A DNA stretch of 62,254 nt, counting the filler, from Gemmatimonadota bacterium (GTDB taxonomy: Bacteria > 4572-55 > J002): NCBI GenBank assembly GCA_003697105.1. It is 4 parts of 4 records of this genome, joined end to end, with 100 filler letters (N's around TTAATTAATTAA, not from the genome) between each part and the next. Parts side by side here need not be neighbours in the genome. Positions count along the whole stretch, not along the records: positions 1 to 26,019 come from RFFQ01000151.1; 3 more parts are not named here. One strand, given 5' to 3'. Below the pieces are notes generated by a model. It was not told where the DNA came from and made no database searches. It saw nothing but the letters and a program-made list of their open reading frames with translations. Below, piece by piece: positions 9,445 through 20,383 of the stretch (its first letter is position 1; every line of letters starts with the position of its first letter). The translations under genes were made by a program, and so were the position numbers.

Positions 9445-12400
9445 TTAACTTGGGTTTATTTCTGCCAGTAATGCGGCTTTAACACGGTTCAATTCATTCT
9501 GAATCAAGTAGAGATGTTCCCGCGCCCGGTCCAGATGGTTCGCTTTGGCTTGGATTTCCAGATGCGTGCATAATTCCGCTAAATGCAATGCGCCTAGGTT
9601 GGCACTACTGCCTTTAAGCCCGTGTGCCGCGCGTCGCACTTCATCTGTATTGTTTTGGTTTAGGGCGGTTTCGATCCGGTCGAGCAACACAGGCGCATCT
9701 TCCAGAAAAATCTGAATAACGTCGTTTAGGAATTCCGGGTCATCAGCACCCCCCAGTTGGCGGATACTTTCAAAGGCATCGGGATCGAGTGGCGGCACGG
9801 AGTTATCTTCCACCGCCATAGGCGGGGTTTCTTCCGAACGACGAGCGGATTGTTGCACCGCCTGTTCTAAGGCATTCATTAACTGGTCAAATTTAACCGG
9901 TTTGGTGATATAGTTATCCATTCCGGCATTGAGGCATTTTTCGCGGTCACCTTTCATGGCATCGGCGGTCATCGCAATGATGTGGGGGCGCTGGCTCGGG
10001 GGATACGTGCGACAGATAGTACGGGTCGCTTCCAACCCATCCATTTCGGGCATTTGGACATCCATCAACACCACATCATATTGTTGGCGGGCGACCGCTT
10101 CCACCGCTTCTAAGCCATTTGCGACCACATCGATGCGGTAACCCATTCGCTCCAACAGGCGAATTGCCAATTTTTGATTGACCAGATTATCTTCGGCTAA
10201 TAAAATTTTGAGTGGCAATCGCTCCGCCATTTTGGAATCAATTTGGGGGCGTTTTTGTTCCCGTACCGGTACCGGCAGCGGCGTTCCTTCAAGGGCTAAC
10301 AACAGGGCATTATACAGTTGCGACTGTTTGACCGGTTTGGTCAGGAGTGCATGGAACAACTGCCGGTCAGATTGCAGGTCTGTTTCTGTCCGCCCAATGG
10401 AGGTCAACATGACCAACGGAATATCTGGTGAATGGCGTTCACGGATAGCCTTTGCTACCATTAGCCCATCCATGCGGGGCATTTGCATATCCAAAATTAT
10501 CACATCTACATGATGCCCTTCGGAAAGAAGGCGTAGCGCCTCTTCCCCAGACGCCACGGCGGTCGCCTTCATCCTCCAACGAGTGGTCTGCATGCTCAAG
10601 ATTTTGCGATTCGTGGCATTATCATCGACAATCAAAACCGATTTATTCTGCAAGCGGGGTAAATGTTCATCGATAGGGCGGTGTTCGACGAGGGCGTGTG
10701 TTCGGATGGTGAAGTAAAAGGTTGATCCGCTACCGACTTCACTTTCAACCCAGATATTCCCGTTCATCATGTGGGTCAGGTGTTTACAAATGGCTAACCC
10801 CAAACCGGTACCCCCGTACTGGCGAGTTGTGGAAGCATCCACCTGACTAAACGATTTGAACAACCGGTCCATTCGATCCGCAGGGATACCGATGCCGGTA
10901 TCCTTCACCGCAAAGCGGAGGGTATGTTGATGCCGTACCGGTGAATATTCCGCCGCTACGGAAACAGTTACTTCGCCTTCTTCCGTGAATTTGATGGCAT
11001 TGCTAATCAGATTCACCAGAATTTGCCGCAACCGGGTCACATCGCCCACAATGACCTCTGGGACATCCGGTGACATGATATAGAGCAGTTCCAACTGTTT
11101 TTCCGCCGCTTTTGGTGCTAACAACTCAAGGGCATCCTCAATGCAATCCCGCAGATGAAATGGTTGTTCTTCCAATTCCATCTTACCAGATTCAATTTTG
11201 GAAAAATCGAGAATATCGTTGATGATCGTTAGTAAGGCTTCGCCACTACTCCGGATTGTTTCCACATATTCGGCTTGTTCGGCGGTGAGGTCGGTATCCA
11301 GCAACAAGCCTGTCATCCCAATAACGCCATTCATGGGGGTTCGGATTTCATGGCTCATATTGGCGAGAAATTCCGCTTTCATGCGGGCAGCCGTTTCGGC
11401 GGCATCTCGTGCGGCTTGCATCTGTTCCTTGACCTGTTCATCCGCCAGCGTTAGTCCCATCAATTCACTAACTTGCCGGAGTGTTTCTATCACAAAGGGA
11501 TCCCGCGAGGGATACGGAGCGGTGTACAGGAAGATAACACCCAACAGTTCCTCCCCATGTTTGATGGGCAAGATATAATGACCGTGGGGTGTCATCTCTT
11601 CAAATTGGTGTTCGTGCTGGGAATCCTCAAAGCAGTCATCTGAAATCATTATTTCCCCGGAGACGGCGACTCGCCCGCAGAGACAATCACCGAAGTTAAT
11701 GGTTTGCTCACGCCGTAAAAATTCTTCCGAGAAGGTCCCATGTGTGAGATACAACTGAAGTTGGTCGCCGTTTTGGCTTCGCAAAAAAATTCCGCCTTTA
11801 TTCATCAATTCCAGAGATTCTATGCTGAATAACTGTGCCAACGCTTCATCCAACCGGTCCCGTAAGGGACGTTGGTCCCGTAAAATACGGGCAATCGTTG
11901 CCCGGCGTTCCGCGATCTCTCGCCGGAAGGCTTCTTGTTTTTCCTGCCATACTTGTTCGGTAATATCTTGTTGAATTGAAATATAGCCGGTAATATCACC
12001 ATTATCGCCTCGAATTGGGGCGATTGTGGTTTGTGCCCAGTACAAATAGGGGTCATCCAATGGGTTTTGGTGGATCAGAGCTAAATGACGGGGTCCCTTA
12101 CGCCGGTTCAGGAAGCGCCCTTTCCAAACTTCGCCGTTGAGGAGGGTAGTCCACAACTCGTGATAAACCGAATCATCGGTAAAGCCGCTTTTAAACAGGC
12201 TGGGAGTTTCGCCGATTAATTCGGCGGCGGAATAGCGCGTAATGCGTTCCATAGCGGGATTGACATACTCAATCACGCCATCGAGATTCGTAATTAGCAC
12301 ACCATCTGCGGTGGCTTCTACCGCCATGGCTAAACGTTGGCGTTCCAACTCTGCCATTTTTCGCAGAGTGACATCCCGGTACTGCCACAGATGCCCCTGA

Positions 12401-13620
12401 TAGTTCCCCTCTACAAAAATGGGGATATAGTCGCGCTCAAAAATGCGCCCATCATTCAGCAGCCACTCTTCATTGGTGACGAGCTCTTGTTGGGCTAAAA
12501 TTTCAGCGGTTCGTGCCTGAAAGCCGGCTTCATCCTCAAACAGAAATTGGACGGACGGGATAAATTGGAGACTATTTGTTCCCATCAGGGATTGTGGCGA
12601 ACCGGTATATTGGAACATTTCGCAAAACCGGTTGTTGACCAGCACAATCGTGCGGTGTTCATCTTCCACCATCACACCAGCTTGCAGATTTTCCACCAAT
12701 GCCACGAGGCGCGAATACGTAGATTGTGCTAACTCTTCCGCCTGTTTCCGCTCGGTGATATTCCGCAGGGTTCCGGCGACGCCAATGACATTCCCGCGGG
12801 AGTCCCGAACTTGGTGGGCATTTGCAGATACGTACACCAAATGACCATCGCGATGCTTCATGCGAACTTCCACATCACTGACTTCACCTTTCCGGCGCAG
12901 TTGGCGAAACAATTTGAGATTATCCGACCGGTGGAAATACAACTTACTTACTGGAGTGCCAATCAATTCCTCGCGGGAATAGCCCGAATGCCGAATGATA
13001 GAAGGGCTAATCTCAACAATAGTGCCTTTCACATCGGTTTGATAATACACATCTTGCACATTTTCAAAGAGGTTGCGATACCGTTCTTCGCTTTGGTGCA
13101 ATTCTTCTTGTGCTTTCTGGCGCAACGTAATATCACGGAGTACCACCACAAAAAGCATTTCCCGCTCTAGGTTCATGGTGGTGGTGGTCACTTCTAGGGG
13201 GAAGACCGTTCCGGTTTTGTGCAATCCGTAGAGTTCGGATTCCCCCGGGCAAATCTGGTAATCTTTATTGGCAATTAAGGTCTGTAGGTGTAAGTCGTTG
13301 AGTTCTTCAGGAGTGTAGCCAAAGAGGCGCTCTACCGCCGCATTCCAAGAACGGATACATCCTTGCGGCGTTACTGTAACAATACCATCGGTGACGGTAT
13401 TCATCACGGATTCTAGGTAGGTTTTACTTTCCCGGCGGATTTGATTGAGGCTCGAAAGCTCCTGTGAGGCAATCTCTAAAGACCGATCTTTTAAGTGACG
13501 TTCTCGATCAAACTCCTCATAGGTCGCATTGATCAGGTTCAAGAGTTTTTCCAAATCCGGCGTGCCATCGGGGGAGCCGCGCCGGGCTTTTTTGAGTTGG
13601 CGTTCCAAAAGTTTGTGCAT
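9445..13620 (-). CDS. Hybrid sensor histidine kinase (4 PAS, GAF, HisKA, HATPase, 2 REC, Hpt)
   Basis: [38 protein letters not shown]; two receivers (LDMQMP, MDVQMP); Hpt [13 protein letters not shown]. Confidence 0.92.
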   Translation of the reverse strand: MHKLLERQLKKARRGSPDGTPDLEKLLNLINATYEEFDRERHLKDRSLEIASQELSSLNQIRRESKTYLESVMNTVTDGIVTVTPQGCIRSWNAAVERLFGYTPEELNDLHLQTLIANKDYQICPGESELYGLHKTGTVFPLEVTTTTMNLEREMLFVVVLRDITLRQKAQEELHQSEERYRNLFENVQDVYYQTDVKGTIVEISPSIIRHSGYSREELIGTPVSKLYFHRSDNLKLFRQLRRKGEVSDVEVRMKHRDGHLVYVSANAHQVRDSRGNVIGVAGTLRNITERKQAEELAQSTYSRLVALVENLQAGVMVEDEHRTIVLVNNRFCEMFQYTGSPQSLMGTNSLQFIPSVQFLFEDEAGFQARTAEILAQQELVTNEEWLLNDGRIFERDYIPIFVEGNYQGHLWQYRDVTLRKMAELERQRLAMAVEATADGVLITNLDGVIEYVNPAMERITRYSAAELIGETPSLFKSGFTDDSVYHELWTTLLNGEVWKGRFLNRRKGPRHLALIHQNPLDDPYLYWAQTTIAPIRGDNGDITGYISIQQDITEQVWQEKQEAFRREIAERRATIARILRDQRPLRDRLDEALAQLFSIESLELMNKGGIFLRSQNGDQLQLYLTHGTFSEEFLRREQTINFGDCLCGRVAVSGEIMISDDCFEDSQHEHQFEEMTPHGHYILPIKHGEELLGVIFLYTAPYPSRDPFVIETLRQVSELMGLTLADEQVKEQMQAARDAAETAARMKAEFLANMSHEIRTPMNGVIGMTGLLLDTDLTAEQAEYVETIRSSGEALLTIINDILDFSKIESGKMELEEQPFHLRDCIEDALELLAPKAAEKQLELLYIMSPDVPEVIVGDVTRLRQILVNLISNAIKFTEEGEVTVSVAAEYSPVRHQHTLRFAVKDTGIGIPADRMDRLFKSFSQVDASTTRQYGGTGLGLAICKHLTHMMNGNIWVESEVGSGSTFYFTIRTHALVEHRPIDEHLPRLQNKSVLIVDDNATNRKILSMQTTRWRMKATAVASGEEALRLLSEGHHVDVIILDMQMPRMDGLMVAKAIRERHSPDIPLVMLTSIGRTETDLQSDRQLFHALLTKPVKQSQLYNALLLALEGTPLPVPVREQKRPQIDSKMAERLPLKILLAEDNLVNQKLAIRLLERMGYRIDVVANGLEAVEAVARQQYDVVLMDVQMPEMDGLEATRTICRTYPPSQRPHIIAMTADAMKGDREKCLNAGMDNYITKPVKFDQLMNALEQAVQQSARRSEETPPMAVEDNSVPPLDPDAFESIRQLGGADDPEFLNDVIQIFLEDAPVLLDRIETALNQNNTDEVRRAAHGLKGSSANLGALHLAELCTHLEIQAKANHLDRAREHLYLIQNELNRVKAALLAEINPS

Positions 13621-13627
13621 GTAGGGT

Positions 13628-14767
13628 TTACGCCTCGTGTTCGCTCAAAAGAGTGATCGTCATGGTTTGATTATGCAAATTACAGGTGCCCATCGTGCGA
13701 TGAGGCGATATTTCGCCGTAGGAATAAAATCCAATTTGATGGGCGCCGTCTCCCAGAATTTCCTGAACAGCTTCCACTTCATCGGCGGTGCGTTGCCCCA
13801 GCACTAATTTTCGTCCGACACAACTGATCAGAATTGCCAACTTAGTGGTACTGGATTCCGTCAGGTGGGCTAATTTAGCGGCTTCTGCCGCACCCTCCAC
13901 TAGCCGGTCAAAGTTCGCCATCATCAGTTGGGCAGTATAGCCTTCCGGCACATCCCCGGCAAATACCATACTTTGATCCGCTTCATGGATCGTCAGAATC
14001 GTTCTTACTACCGCCTGATCCGGATTATCCGCCGGATAAATTGCTAACGGGAAAAGTAGTGCACTACCCGGCAGGTTTTTAGCCTCTTCACCCAAATATT
14101 TTTTATAGAGTTCCAATGCCGGTTTTCCATCTAACTCATATAGGATGTTGCCCTTGGAACGGGTGATGCGGCGAGTTGGGCCAAACGCATCCCACCCCCC
14201 AAAAGAACCGTGTCCAATCTGAATCTGATCGCCATAAAACCCAACAGCCGCAATCAAACCGCTGGTGGGTTCACAATTGCAACTGACATGCGTCACCTCA
14301 AACCGGTCGGCATCACCGGCTAAACCGCCGGTAATGGGGATATTGGCATCGATAACCTGATTGAACCCCTGAACTAGCTCACTCCCATTGACATGCTGCC
14401 CATCGGAAATAACCAACATGCCCCGCAACCCCTCCCGGTTGAGGCGTTCCCCTAATGATTTTCCGACAGTGAAGGATTCCGTGCTATCCGTGACCCTCAC
14501 CGAGGCAACATCAATTTGGGTGTAGGCAAACTCAATGGCGGCAACCACGATGGTGTCATCCAAAACCTCATCGTCCAAAATTTCACCCGAGGTACTGCAA
14601 CCAATAATGTTAGCTTGCGGATAACGGTCTTTCAAATCTTGATAATATTGGGGAGATTTCAGCACATCTGTACCCCCGAAGAAGAGTACCAGTTGTGGAT
14701 TTGTGACGCCGCTGCCGGGATTAATGCATTCCCAAGTCGTATCCCATAACCATTTTTCAACTTTCAT
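13628..14767 (-). CDS. FIST domain protein (NosP-like)
   Basis: [54 protein letters not shown]. Confidence 0.9.
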   Translation of the reverse strand: MKVEKWLWDTTWECINPGSGVTNPQLVLFFGGTDVLKSPQYYQDLKDRYPQANIIGCSTSGEILDDEVLDDTIVVAAIEFAYTQIDVASVRVTDSTESFTVGKSLGERLNREGLRGMLVISDGQHVNGSELVQGFNQVIDANIPITGGLAGDADRFEVTHVSCNCEPTSGLIAAVGFYGDQIQIGHGSFGGWDAFGPTRRITRSKGNILYELDGKPALELYKKYLGEEAKNLPGSALLFPLAIYPADNPDQAVVRTILTIHEADQSMVFAGDVPEGYTAQLMMANFDRLVEGAAEAAKLAHLTESSTTKLAILISCVGRKLVLGQRTADEVEAVQEILGDGAHQIGFYSYGEISPHRTMGTCNLHNQTMTITLLSEHEA

Positions 14768-14779
14768 CCGTTAAACCTC

Positions 14780-16966
14780 CTAATTTAAATTCAGATATGT
14801 CCGCATCTGTGAAATGCGGACCGTGGGTTGTTGGCACGTAAAATTTTGGCACACATAAACCGTGGTCTGGTCATCGAGGCGGTCTTGGTATGCGGTAAAT
14901 GGTGCCAACTCCGCCAATTGAGCTTGATTTGCGGATGTTTTGAGATGAATGACCATATGAGGCAGAAAGGCGTCCCGCAAGGTGCGGATCATGGCTTGGG
15001 TGTGCGGATCATCGGGTTCGCCCACAATCACCACTTCATAGCCGGGATGGAAGGCAAAATCAAGCCCGTTTAGCCATTGGGCATAGGCAGATGGGGCACG
15101 GCGGATCGTCTCTGCGAAGGCGTGCGCTAACTGCTCAGCCTGATCTTCCCAAGCCGTATTACCGGTCAAGCGGCTAAGCCGGAGTAAATTGAGCACCATC
15201 ACCCCATTACCAGAGGGCACGGCACCATCATACGCTTCTTTGGAGCGGGTAATGAGTTTTTCAGTATCATCTGCCGTAAAGAAAAAGCCACCACGTTGAT
15301 CATCCCAAAACTGCTCAAAAAGAACCTGATTGAAATCGAGTGCCGCTTGTAAATAGCGGAGATCAAACGTGGTTTGGTGCAATTCAATCAAACCCCAGAT
15401 CATAAACGCATAATCGTCCAGATGCGCCGTTAATCCGGCGTCACCTGCCCGGTAACGATGGTACAGCCGCCCGTTACCGGTTTGTAACGCCTTTAGGATA
15501 AAAGCGGTTGCCCGTTCGGCGGCAATCGTGTAGCGGGGTTCCGCAAAGACGCGACCGGCAGTTGCCAAGGCGGCGATCATTAGCCCATTCCAGTCGGTTA
15601 AAATTTTATCATCTTTGAAAGGGTGAATCCGGTTTTCGCGCACCGCAAATAATTTTTGCCGGATGGGTTCCCAGATTGCCGGATAATCGGCTTGTTGTTC
15701 ATGAAGCGGACGATTCAGATGGAGAATATTCGCACCGGTGGCATGTCCAGAAGCTTCCTCCCGAAAGTTACCTGCCGCTTCCACTTGAAATGTCCGGATC
15801 ACAAAGTCCGCTTCTGCGGGGGTGAGTATTTGGCGCAATTCGGTTTCCGTCCAGACATAAAACTTCCCTTCTTCCCCGTCACTGTCGGCATCTTCCGCCG
15901 AATAAAATCCACCTTGCGGATCGGTCATCTCCCGTTGAACGTACGTAAAAATCTCATCCACCACCTGCTGATAATATGGATCGCGGGTCACTTGGTAGGC
16001 TTCTGTGTATGCCAGCATCAGCATTGCCTGATCGTATAGCATTTTTTCAAAATGGGGCAAAAACCATCGTTCGTCAGTGGAATACCGGTGAAAACCGAAT
16101 CCGACATGATCAAATATGCCACCGAGCCGCATCTGCCGTAATGTGGTTTCCACCATTTCCATGGCATGTTGCGGGGTTTCTTGGTGGCGGCTGTAACGTA
16201 ATAGGAAGGTCAGGACGTGCGGTGAAGGAAATTTAGGGCGGTCACCAAACCCGCCATATTGGGGGTCAAACCGCTGTTCCAACTGTTGAAATGCGGTATC
16301 CAGTACCTGTGGGGTCAAGGAGTCACTGCTGGTAGCGTTCAGTTGTGCCTGTTGCAAGGCTTGCATAATGTTTTCAACGGTTTGATCGATTTTGTCCCGT
16401 TCATGTTCCCATACCTGCCGTAAGCGGGGAATGAGGTCCAGCAGACCAATTCGTTGGTAGCGGCTTTCTTTGGGGAAGTATGTGCCGGCAAAAAACGGTT
16501 TTTTATCGGGAGTCATCACAATGGTGAGGGGCCACCCCCCGTGTCCGGTCATCATTTGACAGACCGTCATATAAATGCCGTCAATATCCGGGCGCTCCTC
16601 TCGATCCACTTTGATGCAGACAAAGGTATCATTCAGCAGTTTAGCGACGGTCTCATCTTCAAACGATTCGTGTTCCATCACGTGACACCAATGGCACGTG
16701 GAATATCCAATCGAGAGAAAAATCGGTTTATCTTCTGCTTTTGCTTTGGCAAATGCCTCTTCGCCCCAGGGATACCAATCAACCGGATTATGAGCATGTT
16801 GTAATAAGTAAGGGCTTTTTTCATGAATTAATCGATTTTGATGCGGGTGGGTGGGCATGGTGGATGTTTCCTCGCTGGTTGAGCGGTTGCACTGGCTAAA
16901 CAGTAGCAGCACACTTAGACACATGATCGTTTTGATCGGGGCTGTGGGAATGGAGTTCATTTGCAT
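14780..16966 (-). CDS. YyaL/SPATA20-like thioredoxin-domain protein (DUF255) with alpha/alpha-barrel domain
   Basis: [70 protein letters not shown]. Confidence 0.92.
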   Translation of the reverse strand: MQMNSIPTAPIKTIMCLSVLLLFSQCNRSTSEETSTMPTHPHQNRLIHEKSPYLLQHAHNPVDWYPWGEEAFAKAKAEDKPIFLSIGYSTCHWCHVMEHESFEDETVAKLLNDTFVCIKVDREERPDIDGIYMTVCQMMTGHGGWPLTIVMTPDKKPFFAGTYFPKESRYQRIGLLDLIPRLRQVWEHERDKIDQTVENIMQALQQAQLNATSSDSLTPQVLDTAFQQLEQRFDPQYGGFGDRPKFPSPHVLTFLLRYSRHQETPQHAMEMVETTLRQMRLGGIFDHVGFGFHRYSTDERWFLPHFEKMLYDQAMLMLAYTEAYQVTRDPYYQQVVDEIFTYVQREMTDPQGGFYSAEDADSDGEEGKFYVWTETELRQILTPAEADFVIRTFQVEAAGNFREEASGHATGANILHLNRPLHEQQADYPAIWEPIRQKLFAVRENRIHPFKDDKILTDWNGLMIAALATAGRVFAEPRYTIAAERATAFILKALQTGNGRLYHRYRAGDAGLTAHLDDYAFMIWGLIELHQTTFDLRYLQAALDFNQVLFEQFWDDQRGGFFFTADDTEKLITRSKEAYDGAVPSGNGVMVLNLLRLSRLTGNTAWEDQAEQLAHAFAETIRRAPSAYAQWLNGLDFAFHPGYEVVIVGEPDDPHTQAMIRTLRDAFLPHMVIHLKTSANQAQLAELAPFTAYQDRLDDQTTVYVCQNFTCQQPTVRISQMRTYLNLN

Positions 16967-17592
16967 TAAAGAGTCACGCTTGTTTTGATTAATTTTGGGA
17001 TCAAAATCGTGATCGCTTTTTGAAGTTCATCGAAACTATTGACAAAAACAATGTGCGGGCACTCTGCCAGCATCAGGGGGAGTTCATGGCGGATTTGGCG
17101 TCCGGCTTTAAGGTAGGCCAGCAGATGTTGGTACGCCATTTCGCCAATCTGTTGCTGGAGCGCTTTGTTTTTCACCAGTTGATCCAAATCCCCTAAACCG
17201 GGAGGGGCAAAGGTCTGTCCTCCATTAAACCAAACAATCGAATGGCGTCCGACTCTGGCGTCGTCCATAATCTCCATGACCGAGACGGCGGCAATCGTAT
17301 CTGCCGTGATTTCATAGACCCGAAGTTGAGCAAGTTTTCGCGCCCGTTTTTCTTCTGGACCATCGATGCCCCACACATACTCACGACCATGTGTGGAGGG
17401 GTGTATTTGGGGGTCATAATAAGACCAGCCTTGGGCATCCAGCCACGCCGTAAGTGGATCGCGTCCCGGATTCCGAATGGGACCGGTTAAGCTTTGGATA
17501 TTACACGCTCCCCCCGTAAACAGGAGCGGTATTTTTCCCTTCTGCATCATCTCGGAAGTAACCAACATGGACTTCGGCCGGTTTCTATCCAT
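16966..17592 (-). CDS. Hypothetical protein with nucleoside 2-deoxyribosyltransferase-like (Raw-repeat-like) fold
   Basis: LFTGGACN...YYDPQ...E..A....VYEI..T.A..SV.E pattern; stop overlaps the yyaL start; upstream GGAG. Confidence 0.6.
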   Translation of the reverse strand: MDRNRPKSMLVTSEMMQKGKIPLLFTGGACNIQSLTGPIRNPGRDPLTAWLDAQGWSYYDPQIHPSTHGREYVWGIDGPEEKRARKLAQLRVYEITADTIAAVSVMEIMDDARVGRHSIVWFNGGQTFAPPGLGDLDQLVKNKALQQQIGEMAYQHLLAYLKAGRQIRHELPLMLAECPHIVFVNSFDELQKAITILIPKLIKTSVTL

Positions 17593-17617
17593 CCGTCTTT
17601 CTCCTTTAATATAAGCA

Positions 17618-18097
17618 TCACGCCGCGGTCAATTCGTTTAGTTTCTGCCATACCGCATCCACATGACCTTTCACTTTAACCTTTGTCCAAGCTTCTCGCA
17701 AGATACCTGCCGGGTCGATTAGAAACGTACTGCGCACCACTCCCATATAGGTTCTGCCGTACATTTTCTTCTCTTGCCAGACACCGTATTCTGCCAGCAC
17801 GGTTTTCTCTGGATCGCTGAGCAACGTCACTTTTAGATCATGTTTTTCGATAAACTTACCGTGACTTTGGATCGAATCTGGGCTGACTCCAATCACCACC
17901 GCGCCTTTGGCTTCAAAATCGGCAAGGCGATGGGTGAAATCTAAGGCTTCGGTTGTACAACCGCTGGTATTATCTTTGGGATAAAAATAGAGGACGACCC
18001 ATTTCCCTTTTAGACTGGCAAGCGATACCATTTCACCATTTTGGTTCGGTAGGGAAAATGCCGGGGCAGGATGTCCGAGAGCCAATGAATTCGACAT
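17618..18097 (-). CDS. bcp: Peroxiredoxin Bcp/PrxQ
   Basis: VVLYFYPKDNTSGCTTEA, GVVRSTFLID; start moved to ATG 18097, which has an AAGGAG RBS. Confidence 0.92.
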   Translation of the reverse strand: MSNSLALGHPAPAFSLPNQNGEMVSLASLKGKWVVLYFYPKDNTSGCTTEALDFTHRLADFEAKGAVVIGVSPDSIQSHGKFIEKHDLKVTLLSDPEKTVLAEYGVWQEKKMYGRTYMGVVRSTFLIDPAGILREAWTKVKVKGHVDAVWQKLNELTAA

Positions 18098-18228
18098 AAC
18101 ATCAATCTCCTTCGTTAGTTGAAAGCCGGTGAAGCAGGTTGACAACACCGTAGCCATGCTTTGGGATGTATATACGGCATTCAGGAGTGAAATTCAATAA
18201 TAAAAAGGAAGGTGGGTTTGAGCCGAAA

Positions 18229-18471
18229 TTAGATGATCCGTAGCCAGTAACCCTCTGCTACCCGGTTGGTACCGGGCAGACGGTAAGTACCCTTGCCCCG
18301 CACGTCAAAAAAGTCAGGTTCATACCCAAGATAGTCGCAGACAATCCATTTTGCCTGCTTTTCGGTAGCGGCCGGTACAATAAATATGCGTGGCTGACCT
18401 TGCTTATTCCGAAGAACGGTCAGATGATAATCCATGGGAAGACCCAGCTCAAGCTGTTGTGTATCAGACAT
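18229..18471 (-). CDS. Small hypothetical protein
   Basis: 80-aa ATG ORF co-oriented with neighbours, protein-like composition; no recognised motif. Confidence 0.55.
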   Translation of the reverse strand: MSDTQQLELGLPMDYHLTVLRNKQGQPRIFIVPAATEKQAKWIVCDYLGYEPDFFDVRGKGTYRLPGTNRVAEGYWLRII

Positions 18472-18489
18472 TTGCGGATTATAAAGCCG

Positions 18490-18521
18490 GAGACCTGTTT
18501 CCGCTACCGAAAGCAGGTCTC
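18490..18521 (-). terminator. Hairpin downstream of the membrane protein gene
   Basis: GAGACCTG...CAGGTCTC stem; weak U-tract. Confidence 0.4.
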
Positions 18522-18548
18522 TCTGGCAAGACAGGGGTGGGGTAGAAA

Positions 18549-19496
18549 TTATCCTTCAGAAACCGGTGCGACTTTGTTCATTAACTCATTCAATTTGGCT
18601 TTTAGCTCCTCGGGGTCCACCTCTGAGCCAATTTCCTGTTGCAATTTTAGCAAGTCTTGTTGGACTTTCAACTGGGTTTGCGCTAACTGACCCGCCAGCT
18701 TGGATTGGATTTCTTGGGTTTTCATCTCCACCATTTGTTGGGCACTCCCTTGAAATAGGGATTTTAAGGCTTCCACAAACCGGTTCAGAAAAGTATAGAG
18801 CAAATCCGCAGAAAAACCGCCTAAAATGGCAAGTAAAGGACGCACAATTCCTTCCGCCAACAGATCATTTTGAATGGATTGTTCTTTGATCAAAATTGCC
18901 AAGAGCAACCCGCTAATCAACCCCAGAAAGAAACGAATCCAGTAGGAAGCCTGATGAGTGGGATCAAACGTTCCGCTGGTAATGTAGGAATTCGCCTTGT
19001 AAAGTGCGGAAAAGGAAGCACCCAGACCGGCAGCACCCAGAAAGAAAAAGAGATTCACAAGCAAATCGATACCACTCGACTCAAAAATATTCCCTCCATC
19101 TAAATTGACATAGGGCGTCAGCGATAAGCCAATAAACAGCCCCAACGAAATAATGGCAGCCAGCATCAGTTGCCGCACCAATCCGACGGGACCCAAAAAC
19201 TTGATCAAGCTGGGGGTTTCTTGCTCAATATCCAGCAGCAGAATGGTTTGTGGCGTGGCCGGTTGAACCAATTTTGCTAACTGCTCATGAACCGCCACCA
19301 ATTCACCAATTTCGACGTCCCGTTTGGCTTTGCCTTCTTCCTCACCCTCGTACCGTTCGATGGTCTTAATGGTACCCGGTGGAATGGTTTTCCCTTTGGC
19401 AAGAGCATATTCCGCCATTGCCCGGCACTCCCGATAAACTTGATCCCGTAATTTGAGATGGGCATACGGGTTGATATTACGTTGTTTGCTCATCAT
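18549..19496 (-). CDS. Uncharacterised multi-pass membrane protein with C-terminal coiled coil
   Basis: About 4 hydrophobic segments; GAAGLGA, FD....YWIRFFLG, LLAILGGFS; Q/K/E-rich tail; GGAGGAG RBS. Confidence 0.8.
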   Translation of the reverse strand: MMSKQRNINPYAHLKLRDQVYRECRAMAEYALAKGKTIPPGTIKTIERYEGEEEGKAKRDVEIGELVAVHEQLAKLVQPATPQTILLLDIEQETPSLIKFLGPVGLVRQLMLAAIISLGLFIGLSLTPYVNLDGGNIFESSGIDLLVNLFFFLGAAGLGASFSALYKANSYITSGTFDPTHQASYWIRFFLGLISGLLLAILIKEQSIQNDLLAEGIVRPLLAILGGFSADLLYTFLNRFVEALKSLFQGSAQQMVEMKTQEIQSKLAGQLAQTQLKVQQDLLKLQQEIGSEVDPEELKAKLNELMNKVAPVSEG

Positions 19497-19570
19497 GAAT
19501 GTTCTCCTCCGGTAAAATAAGATTGAAAATACGCAAATGGGGATATGTTAGCATATCCGAAGGGCTAATT

Positions 19571-20371
19571 TCAAGCGGATTTTCTGTGTATCGATTGAAT
19601 AACGTGATGGATCCAGCGGAGAGACTCCCGCATCCACGCATAAATTTCCTGCACCCGCCGGATCATCAGGCGATACATCCGCACCCCTCCACGATACGCT
19701 TCAACGACAATTGAGCCTGAATAGCCACCCAACACTGCCAGCAGAGGGTTCGCAATGGAGGGTTCAATAATGGGAAGCATCGCATCCCCCGGGAGCGCAA
19801 ACCCCAAGGCAATCCCAAATCCAACCCGAATCCCAAAAAGCCACCCCTGCGGGCGGTCTTCTTCCGGCTGATAGACCAAATTGAACACTTTTTGGCTCAG
19901 GGTCAGTACCGTGATGATCGTTGCCCCTAAGATTGCCCCGGAAGTATAGGCGGCAACACGCCACCATAGGTCATTTACCTGCGCGGCGGTGACGATCACC
20001 CCCACGAACACCAGCACGGATAACAAATGGAAGATCACCCACCGGCGCAATTCTGGGATTGCTCCCAAGAACGATGCCCAGCTATGCGAGCCCGATTGCA
20101 TGAGGTGTACTAATTCTGGACGGCGGGGTGAGAGCGAGAGACTCAACTTCCAGTGGGCATCTGCTAAAGCGGTGGGGTTGATCTCAGCCAAAGGCGTTTC
20201 AGCGAGGCGTATCATCTCCAGTTCGACAGCGCAACCGCGCCCTATCTGGTAACTAATCATGGATTTGAGTTCCGCCTGTTTTTGCGATAATGAGGACGCT
20301 TTCATGGAAATACCTATGAGTTTATCGTGATTACCTGTGGCATATTTGGTTACCGTACCGTATATCCTCAA
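19571..20371 (-). CDS. Uncharacterised membrane protein, paralog of 18549-19496
   Basis: Collinear similarity: LADAHWKLS/LVAVHEQLA, SFLGAIPELRR/KFLGPVGLVRQ, PLLAVLGGYS/PLLAILGGFS; start uncertain. Confidence 0.7.
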   Translation of the reverse strand: MRIYGTVTKYATGNHDKLIGISMKASSLSQKQAELKSMISYQIGRGCAVELEMIRLAETPLAEINPTALADAHWKLSLSLSPRRPELVHLMQSGSHSWASFLGAIPELRRWVIFHLLSVLVFVGVIVTAAQVNDLWWRVAAYTSGAILGATIITVLTLSQKVFNLVYQPEEDRPQGWLFGIRVGFGIALGFALPGDAMLPIIEPSIANPLLAVLGGYSGSIVVEAYRGGVRMYRLMIRRVQEIYAWMRESLRWIHHVIQSIHRKSA

Positions 20372-20383
20372 GCCGGGTTGTGG

